A stretch of DNA of 64,000 nucleotides. Origin: Porphyromonadaceae bacterium (GTDB taxonomy: Bacteria > Bacteroidota > Bacteroidia > Bacteroidales > Porphyromonadaceae). A program made the translations under genes and the position numbers. The stretch is taken from NCBI GenBank assembly GCA_030528445.1, contig JAUMYV010000001.1:5968-69967 (forward strand). The letters run 5' to 3'. Shown one piece after another: positions 18,552-28,700 of this stretch (the first letter of the stretch is position 1; every line of letters begins with the position of its first letter). The notes below the pieces were generated by a model. That model was not told the origin of the DNA and did not search any database. It saw only the letters and a list, made by a program, of their open reading frames with translations.

Positions 18552-20450
18552 TTAGCGACCTTTCTTCTGGCGCTCACGTTGCATTTGCTGTTGCTGACGC
18601 TGAGCCTCCTCTAGTCGCTCCATCCATTTACTTTTCTTGCGAGGCTTCTTCTTGTTTTCCTCCATCTTGGCTAGGAGCTTCTCTTCGTTGATTGCGTATC
18701 GGAAGGCGAAGTACTGAATGATCGTAATCAGCGTAGAGATGAAGTAGTAGTAGCTAAGTCCCGAAGCATTTTGGTTGAACATGAAGAAGAACATGATGCT
18801 CATCATATAGGGCATGTACTTCATCCCTGCCATCGCTTCGCCGCCAGCCGATGCCGTCTGAGACATCATATACTTATTATATATGATATTGACGATCGTC
18901 ATCAGGAGACAGAATAGACTGATGTGATTGCCCAGTAGACTGCTCACGAGCGGAATGTTGAAGTCCCAGCTGATCACAGGGTCGTAGGTCGAGAGGTCAT
19001 GAGCCCACAGGAAGCTCTCGCCACGTAGTAGGATCGATGTGGGGAAATACATATACAGAGCGATGAGGAATGGCATCTGTAGGAGCATAGGCAAGCAACC
19101 ACTCATGGGGCTAGCACCAGCCGAGCTGTAGAGAGCCATAGTCTCTCTCTGCTTCTTGAGCATCGTCTCTTGGTCGGTCTTGCCCTCGTATTTCTTGTTG
19201 ATCTCCTCTACCTGTGGGCGCAGGATGCGCATCTTGGCTTGGGAGAGGTAGCTCTTGTAGGTAAAGGGTGAGAGCAGCAGCTTGATGAAGATTGTCAGCA
19301 GTAGGATGATGATGCCCCAGTTGCTGATGTAGTCCTTGAGGAAGCTAACGATCGGTATGATGAGGTAGCGGTTGAGCGCACGGAATACATTAACCCCTAG
19401 GTAAACTAGGTGGTCTAGGTGGAGCTGCTCGTCCTTGCTCAGGTTCTCGTCATAGGAGCGGAGTAGCTCGTAGTCGTTGGGGCCGAAGAAAAATGTGAAG
19501 TCTGCCTGAGCTCCCTGTCTTAGGTTGAAGGGGAATGTTCCCTTCATGGAGCAGCTACGGATGTAACCACTATTCTCGGGCATGGCTTCGATGGCAATAA
19601 CGTTGTCGTCGAAAGAGCCAGTTCGGTTGATGAGTACCGAGCTGAAGTATTTATCCTTGAAGGCCAGCCAACGCAGAGACTCGGTTACTTTCTCTTCGTC
19701 ATGCCCAGAGGTGCTCAGGTCATCGACATCGCCACTACGCGTGTAGTAGTAGATTGAGCTGTACTGAGCCTCGAACTTGTGGCTCTGCTCCTGCTGTGGG
19801 ATGCGCTGCGTCCACTCTACATCCTGTAGCGAGGTATTGGCAGGGAGGAGACGCTCTAGGTTGTGTCCATAGATGCCGAAGTCTAGGCGATAATCGTCTG
19901 GGTGCAGCTTGTAACGGAAGTCGAGATAGCTGCCCTGCTCGATGGGTAAGCGCATCACAGCTGTGCTGTCGGTCTGCTCTACGAGCTCGAAGGTGAGGTC
20001 GGCTGTATTGAGGATGCTATTCTGCAGGGTGCGTAGAGGTAGATTGAAGCGTACGTCCTCTGGAGCGAATAGGCGAACGGGCTTCTTCTCTTCATCGGCC
20101 TTGCCTTCGTCTGCATTATTGAGGTAGTTACTTAGGATCGCCTCCACTGGGGTGCCGCCTCGTGTAGAGAGCTTGACGCTCAGGTTGGTGTTCTTGAGCT
20201 CAACGGTCTGCACGGGGCGAGCCTGTTGGTAGGCAGGCACGATGGGCTGACCTAGAGAGTCGACCTCTGCGGATGCCATATTGGCTGTAGGGGTGGGATT
20301 GATTGAGCCCACAGAGCTAACGGGGACATTGGGTGTCTGCTCGGTCGGGGTGGGATCGGCCTTCTGCTCTGGTGTGGGCTTGTTGAACCAGTTGAAGCCT
20401 AGTAGTATTGCTCCGATTAGGAGCAGTCCGATTAGGGTGTTTCTATCCAT
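18552..20450 (-). CDS. yidC: membrane protein insertase YidC
   Basis: 632 aa with a large periplasmic N-terminal domain, a C-terminal 5-TM core and a basic tail. Confidence 0.85.
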   Translation of the reverse strand: MDRNTLIGLLLIGAILLGFNWFNKPTPEQKADPTPTEQTPNVPVSSVGSINPTPTANMASAEVDSLGQPIVPAYQQARPVQTVELKNTNLSVKLSTRGGTPVEAILSNYLNNADEGKADEEKKPVRLFAPEDVRFNLPLRTLQNSILNTADLTFELVEQTDSTAVMRLPIEQGSYLDFRYKLHPDDYRLDFGIYGHNLERLLPANTSLQDVEWTQRIPQQEQSHKFEAQYSSIYYYTRSGDVDDLSTSGHDEEKVTESLRWLAFKDKYFSSVLINRTGSFDDNVIAIEAMPENSGYIRSCSMKGTFPFNLRQGAQADFTFFFGPNDYELLRSYDENLSKDEQLHLDHLVYLGVNVFRALNRYLIIPIVSFLKDYISNWGIIILLLTIFIKLLLSPFTYKSYLSQAKMRILRPQVEEINKKYEGKTDQETMLKKQRETMALYSSAGASPMSGCLPMLLQMPFLIALYMYFPTSILLRGESFLWAHDLSTYDPVISWDFNIPLVSSLLGNHISLFCLLMTIVNIIYNKYMMSQTASAGGEAMAGMKYMPYMMSIMFFFMFNQNASGLSYYYFISTLITIIQYFAFRYAINEEKLLAKMEENKKKPRKKSKWMERLEEAQRQQQQMQRERQKKGR

Positions 20451-20515
20451 TCTTATGTATATAGGCCAGTGTCTCTGGCGTGACTATGTCTTGTTTGATG
20501 TATTGATGTGATCAA

Positions 20516-22180
<1,665 letters not shown>

Positions 22181-22509
22181 TCAAGAGACGCGCGAGTAAG
22201 GCATAAACCACCACAAAGTTACGTGATTATTTGCAAAGTGTCCTCGATTGAATTGATAAAATTGGAAGCCCTAATGCCCTAGGATTGTTAGATATTGCTG
22301 CGCTACTTGTCTCTATGATGCCTGTAAGTGAGGTGCAATCTGTTTGATATAGCCATACATTATAAAAATAGTTTTCCATCTATTAGCTATTTCTGGCTCC
22401 ATGGTGTAGCCATGCTGTGTGTCGTGGTGAAAAAGCGGAAAACTTCTATGTCTGTTTTTCGCGATTTTAGTTAAATTATGTGAATAAACTGAGGATGAGT
22501 GGAGGCATT

Positions 22510-22860
22510 GAGCGAACGATTTTGGGCGATTGGTTCGGCTTGGCAGAAAAATCTCTCAGAGTTTTTCTCGGATTGTAGGACTAATTCGCTGCGATGTGTG
22601 CACACATCCGGAAAGATTAGTGCACAGAAATTCTGAAATGATGGTCTTGCTTAGGTGAGATTAGGTTAGGTTTTATTTTATCTATTTAATTGTCAATTTG
22701 ATATAGATATGTGTTTTAACGGGCTGTTTTCATTCGGCTGGGACTAAGTACCAAAATGAGGTCGAACTCAATCTAGAGCCTTCTAGGGGGCAAATACGCG
22801 GTGTGCCATTTTTGACCCCACCCAAAGCATTTCCCTAATCAATATTCTGAATTCGCTTCG
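22510..22860 (+). repeat. Copy A of a ~300-350-bp modular intergenic repeat family; contains the perfect 16-bp palindrome GATGTGTGCACACATC at 22593-22608
   Basis: Two conserved blocks (…TTGTAGGACTAAT…GCGATGTGTGCACACATCCGGAAAGATTAGTGCACAGAAATTCTGAAAT… and …TTTTCATTCGGCTGGG…CAATCTAGAGCCTTCTAGGGGGCAAATACGCGG…TTTTTGACC…) shared with 37690-38060 and, in inverted orientation, 55250-55530. Confidence 0.6.
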
Positions 22861-23014
22861 ATTATATAAATCCCTAGTTGTTGTATTTGTGAATAATTGA
22901 TAACTTTGCCGAAAATCTGCAATATGTATTAGATGTAGCTGTAAGTGTGATTGTTATTTAGTGTTGTGGTTATTAAGTGTTTCTAATATAAAAATATAAT
23001 CAATCGGTATTTCT

Positions 23015-23515
23015 ATGAAGTTAATAAGTATCATGAGTCCTAAATCAATTATTCTATTGGTGCTGTCTGTATTCGTTTTAGGCGTGGTTGTCTCTTGTAG
23101 CGAGACAACGGATGTTCCCGCCGAGGCGATAGTGCGCAAGCTGTCTGTAACCAAAAAGGAGGCTCACTCAGGGGAGAAGGAAGGAATCCTCATGACTCCC
23201 CTGCCAAATGGGTTCGTTAGGTATGTGCATTATGGTATATTGGCTCCGATAGAGCTGCGTGGCACTCCTCATCTCGAGATTTCTCGAGTGGATCATAAGG
23301 TTACGCTCAAGGAGGTGTTCGTCGGCAACCCAGACGTCAATGGCATAGCGACCCATTATATAGAAGCCGAGCTTGGTGTTTTTGATATTGGGCACGAGTA
23401 CCAGTTCACTTTGCTTAATCACAAGGGTAAACGCATTCTAGACTCGACATTTCGCTACGGAGGTGTACTTGAGTTCTGGCACGAATTTCCCAAGCATCAT
23501 TCCTATTTGCCCTAG
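23015..23515 (+). CDS. hypothetical lipoprotein
   Basis: 166 aa with a signal peptide and a VVSC lipobox. Confidence 0.6.
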   Translation: MKLISIMSPKSIILLVLSVFVLGVVVSCSETTDVPAEAIVRKLSVTKKEAHSGEKEGILMTPLPNGFVRYVHYGILAPIELRGTPHLEISRVDHKVTLKEVFVGNPDVNGIATHYIEAELGVFDIGHEYQFTLLNHKGKRILDSTFRYGGVLEFWHEFPKHHSYLP

Positions 23516-23684
23516 GGCTATTCCCAGGGTTGAGCCTGCTGTCTTATCTGTGATATGCTTCTTTTGGTGTTGGTTCATTGGAGAATAATGTCTAACTTTG
23601 CAGTCCATTATAGCTCGTAATAGAAATAACGGTTACCAACAAACGTTTTTAAGCAAAGAAGTAAAACTAAATAAGATAAGCATA

Positions 23685-23939
23685 ATGAAAAAAGGAATTC
23701 ACCCTGAGAACTATCGTCCTGTAGTATTTAAAGATATGTCTAATGAAGACATCTTCATTACTCGTTCTACGATGGCTGCGAAGGAAACTATCGAGATCGA
23801 TGGCGTAGAGTATCCTCTGATTAAGGTGGAAATCTCAAACACTTCACACCCATTCTTTACTGGCAAGGCTAAGCTTGTCGATACTGCTGGTCGCGTAGAC
23901 AAGTTCATGAGCCGCTACGGTAACCGCGCCAAGAAGTAA
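23685..23939 (+). CDS. rpmE: 50S ribosomal protein L31
   Basis: [17 protein letters not shown]… is a canonical L31; the track ORF at 23598 has a spurious N-terminal extension. Confidence 0.9.
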   Translation: MKKGIHPENYRPVVFKDMSNEDIFITRSTMAAKETIEIDGVEYPLIKVEISNTSHPFFTGKAKLVDTAGRVDKFMSRYGNRAKK

Positions 23940-23964
23940 TCCTTAGTGCATAACCACATAGAGA

Positions 23965-24002
23965 GGGCTGTGTCGAAATGAATGTTTCGGTGCAGCCCTT
24001 TT
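23965..24002 (+). terminator. rho-independent terminator of rpmE
   Basis: GGGCTGTGTCGAAA…TTTCGGTGCAGCCC followed by TTTT. Confidence 0.5.
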
Positions 24003-24182
24003 GGCGTATACTTTAGTCTGCTTTGCTCTCAGGCTTGAGTTCGTGAAATTTGTTCAGTATAACCACCATCATAGATTGAGGTAAAAACTAACTCTGGCCT
24101 TCGTCCTACTAGCCTCTTTTGTTCAGATTCAAGGGCGGAGCTTCGTCTAGCTCCAGAGGCGAAGACGTAAACCAACACTCTT

Positions 24183-25592
24183 TTGAGAGATATGATAGAA
24201 ACCAATCAACCCGGTCGGCCTCAGACAGAGGCGACCTCTCATGGTCTGATGCAGCTCATACGCGCGCGCATTCGGGATATTTTTGACTTGACCAACGACA
24301 AGAGCAACGAGCACTTTACCATCGATGCAATCAAGGAGGACGTAGACTTCCGTGGTTCCAAGATGTGGATCTTGATATTCGCCATCATGATCGCTTCATT
24401 GGGGCTTAACGTCAATTCTACGGCTGTGATCATCGGTGCGATGTTGATTTCTCCTCTGATGGGGCCAATCATTGGCTTCGGATTAGGATTGGGGATTTAT
24501 GATTTCGAGCTGATTAAGCGTTCGCTCCGTAATCTTGGTCTGATGACGCTCATCAGCATCCTGACGGCTACTATGTATTTTTTGCTTTCGCCTCTGAGCC
24601 AGGCTCAGAGCGAATTGCTTGCACGTACTCAGCCTACGATCTATGATGTCTTCATCGCCTTCGTCGGTGGAGCTGCAGGGATCATCGCTAGCAGCACGCG
24701 CAATAAGGGGAACGTACTCCCTGGGGTCGCTATTGCTACCGCTCTGATGCCACCGCTCTGTACGGCTGGTTACGGGCTCTCGCAGGGTAACTTGAGCTTC
24801 TTCTTCGGAGCATTCTATCTGTATCTAATCAACTCGGTGTTTATTGGGCTCTCGACCTTTGTGATGGTGCGTGTCCTCAAGTTCCCCTACAAGTCCTTTG
24901 TCAATCCCGAGCGAGAGCGCAAGATTCGTCGCTTCGTGACGACCATAGCTCTGTGTACCATCGCCCCAAGCATCTACTTTGGGGTACTACTCATCAGAGA
25001 TAGTGTGATGGAGGATGGAGCGAATCGTTTCGTCTTGGAGCAGCTCAATACGGCAACGAATCAGGTGGTTAAGCAGCAGTTCATCAAGCAAGGGCGCGAG
25101 AAGCGACTAGAGGTGGTACTGCTGGGGCAAGAACTGCCAGAGGAGTATCTCGATAGCATCAGAGGGCGTATGCCTCGCTACGGCCTAGAGGACGTCCATT
25201 TGGTTGTCCGTCAGGGCTTCGGAGCACAGGCTGAGGATGTGGATATGAAAGAGCTTAAGAGCGTCCTATTGCAAGATTTATATGAGAATTCGGACAAAAT
25301 CATTCGTCAGCAGAGCAAGCAGATTGATTCGCTCAAGGCCTTGCTTGAACGCTATAGCCGCTACTCTGAGCTAGCTCCCGATGTGCAACGGGAGGCACGA
25401 GACCTATTCCCAGACCTCGGGCGGCTCAGTTTTGCCCCTAGCTTCTCCAATGGCACTCAGCCAGACTCGATGCTGACGGTAGTGGTAGAGAGCAAGCGCC
25501 GCCTGCGTTCGGAGGAGGAGCTTCGTCTGAAGACTTGGCTCAAGAGCCGTACCAAGGTGTCTAACCTGCACCTCATATCCGTGGTTCAATAG
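24183..25592 (+). CDS. DUF389-like integral membrane protein with a ~200-aa C-terminal cytoplasmic extension
   Basis: 469 aa; 6-7 TM segments including ISPLMGP and LMPPL motifs; the C-terminal half is charged and coiled-coil. Confidence 0.55.
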   Translation: MRDMIETNQPGRPQTEATSHGLMQLIRARIRDIFDLTNDKSNEHFTIDAIKEDVDFRGSKMWILIFAIMIASLGLNVNSTAVIIGAMLISPLMGPIIGFGLGLGIYDFELIKRSLRNLGLMTLISILTATMYFLLSPLSQAQSELLARTQPTIYDVFIAFVGGAAGIIASSTRNKGNVLPGVAIATALMPPLCTAGYGLSQGNLSFFFGAFYLYLINSVFIGLSTFVMVRVLKFPYKSFVNPERERKIRRFVTTIALCTIAPSIYFGVLLIRDSVMEDGANRFVLEQLNTATNQVVKQQFIKQGREKRLEVVLLGQELPEEYLDSIRGRMPRYGLEDVHLVVRQGFGAQAEDVDMKELKSVLLQDLYENSDKIIRQQSKQIDSLKALLERYSRYSELAPDVQREARDLFPDLGRLSFAPSFSNGTQPDSMLTVVVESKRRLRSEEELRLKTWLKSRTKVSNLHLISVVQ

Positions 25593-25776
25593 CCTCCCTA
25601 AATCATCCTACGAGAGGATTTTTGTAGACGGGTTGTATCGAAAAGGTCGGTACAATCCGTCTTTTGTTTGACTAAAACGTTGATTTTCCAGTGGATTGCT
25701 GGGGTTTTGTTGGGAACATGTACCTTTGTTAAGAAGTGTTTTTCTATTAGATAGTCGTTGCTTATAAAATAAGAGT

Positions 25777-28700
25777 ATGAAAAGGATCATCAGCCTCATA
25801 GGCCTCTGCGCGGTGCTCTGTCTGCTAGGGTGGACAAGCCTAGACGCTCAGCGCAGTGCCAAATACACCGCCCAAGCGACCGCACTCAAGCAAGAGCTTC
25901 AGGAGGCTCAGAAGCTACGCCAACCCAAAACGGCTCTCGAGCGAGCTCAGAGCCTGATGCGTCTGGCAGAGACCAATCGCCATTTCTCCGACCTTGTGTT
26001 TGCCCTAATGGCTAGCCGTGAGGCGAATCGGAGTATTGACACCGAGCGTGAGACGGAGATATTCGCTGCATTGGCACGTGTGGCTAAGCTGATCTGGCTC
26101 AGACCCGACGAGCGTAGTTTGCTGAGTGCTGTTACGTACGCTCTGTATCAAGACCATTACTATCAGAATCGTTTCTACTCACGGCGCAGTGCCGTGGAGG
26201 AAGGAGAGGCGTATGACCCGATCGACCCGACTCGCTGGTCGGATAGCCTCTATCGCCGTAAGTTAGAAGCCCTAGAGCAAGAAGCCCTCGGGGAGCGTCG
26301 CGTCCTGCATCAGCCGATGCGCCATCAACTCCCCTCGAGTGTGCTCAGAGGGGAGTCCAAGTGGAGCGGTACGGTCGGGAGCTATGTCTATCGTCTCCTG
26401 CTATATCGTTCGCTGGAGCATCGTCCCTTTGTGCTTGAGAGCTTGTCGGCTTATGTCAAGGAGCTGCCCATAGTGGCAGATCGTCTGCATGCAGACTACT
26501 TCCTCCTGCAGCATCAAAGAAGTGAGGAGAACGAGCGGGCGCTCTATGGCCAGTTCCTCGATACATACGCTGGCGAACTCGAAGTGATGCAGTATATCAC
26601 GGATATCAGCCAAAAGCTCTATGGACCCAATGAGCCACGCCGAGCCGTAGAGCTAGTCGATCGTTACCTCCAGAGATTTGGCTCCAAAGTTTCGGCCGAT
26701 TTAGTCCGCTCAATCAAGAACTATAGGGCAAGTTTGCTGGAAGCTTCTCTAAGCTACGAGGTCGGGGCGAACATCGTGACGGGGCACCGTGTGCAGACGC
26801 TGCGCCTAAATCACAAGCTACTGGATAGCGTTCGCCTCAGGCTCTACCATGCGCCCTCGGTGCTACTCAACCTCGATGAGCGCTACGACCCTAAGCAGCT
26901 CAACCTAGAGCTAGAGCGTACCATCGCCCTTGTCCCAGATAGCCTCTGGGGCAGTCGAAGCGACACGCTACGACTGGAGCATCGACACAGAGGATTGCAC
27001 TATCTGCACATCGAACCCGTACGTAGCCCACAGGCATCGTCTCTGCGCAAGGTCTACCATAGCGACCGATATCTGAGGTACTATGTGACGGATCAGTTCG
27101 TCATCAATCACAACAATCAAGGACATAGAGTCGAGCATCTGCAGTGGCTAGATGCAGGCTCTGGCCGTCCGCTCGTCGCCCTTGCTGTAGAGATGAAGGA
27201 GCAGAGAGGTGGAGAGCGACAGAGCGTGCAGACCGATGAGCAGGGGTGCATGCGTCTCCCAGCTCTCTCAGAGGGGCATTGGTATGCCAATCTGTTTGTT
27301 CGCTCCATGAATCCCGAAGACCCACTCGGGTTATCAGTCGGGTTGAGTCGCCCATACCGAGAAGATCGCATGGGGCAGAAATCTCAGGTGGAGGTATTGC
27401 TCTCGACCGATCGCCCCGTCTACCGCCCAGCCGATACGCTACGTCTATGGGGCTATCTGGCAGAGCAAAAAGCGCATGCCGAGCTAGCTCGGGTCATGCC
27501 AGAGGAGGATATCGAGCTCGTTCTCTACGATGCCAACTCGGAGCGTATCAACTCCGCCCGTGTGACAACGGATAGTCTTGGGCGGTTCGACGAACGATTT
27601 GCGCTGCCTCGTGAGGCTAAGCTCGGGTGGTATCGCATCATTTGTAAGCGAGGAGGCCGATATATAACCTCCTCCAGCTTGCTTGTCGAGGAGTACCGTA
27701 AGCCGACCTTCGAGGTCAAGATGACCAAGGAGGAGCGATTGCTTCGCTTGGGAGATAGCATCGAGCTCTCCCTACGTGTGGTGGATATGACAGGTTTGCC
27801 GCTGCCTTCAGTGCGCCTATTGCCCAAAGTCCAGATTGCGGGGCGCGCATACCAGCCTCGATTCGGCTATTTCATCACGATGAGCCGCGAGCAAGAGGAA
27901 CTCGATTTGCCCGAATTAGTGACTGATGCAGAGGGGAGTGCCACGCTACGCCTGCGCCTCTCTCGTCTCAAAGCCTTCGATAAACTAGACTCTGCCGTAG
28001 AGATCTATCAGCACTATCAAGTAGGCGTTCAGGCTACCGCAACGACGGGCGAGGTACAGCGTGGAGAAATTCGCTTCTCCATAGGGAAAGATCTGCCTCA
28101 GATTACGGCACAGCTCCCCCAATACATTGAGGCCAATCAGCCCAAGCAAATACTAGAAGTTCGGGTGCAGAACTCCGATTATGAGGATGTGCCCTACCTT
28201 GCTACATACGAGATCTACAATGGGCAGAAGGTTTGGCTCACAGATACTTGTAGCTCCAATACGGAGCATAACCTCGCTGGGCGACTGCTTCCCCTCCCCT
28301 CGGGGGCGTATGATCTCAAGACACGGATTACGCTGGAGGACGGCCGAGAGCTCTGCGACACGACGAGCTTCGTCCTCTACCGAGCGATCGAGCGTACCGT
28401 CGAGACCAAGGGGGCTCCACTCGTGGCCACAGCCCCAGAGCTGACGTATTCGAGCCAAAGACCTCCTCTGATTTACTACGCATCGGCTCTAGAGGATAGC
28501 TATATCCACTACCGCACCGAGGTAGATGGTAGGATAATAGGCTATGGGATGCTTCGCCCTCGCCCTTCGGCACTCAATCAGTTGAGGATTGATTTGCCCC
28601 AAGAGACGACCGAGCAGGTACGTGTGTATCTCTATACGGTTCGCTCCGCAAGGCTCTATGAGCAGACGTTTACATTCGATCGCGTACAGCCCGACAAGGA

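Noticed and set aside
23598-23684. N-terminal 29-aa extension of the rpmE ORF in the track
   Set aside because: L31 proteins start at MKKGIHPE, and the extension is low-complexity leader sequence. The start was moved to 23685.
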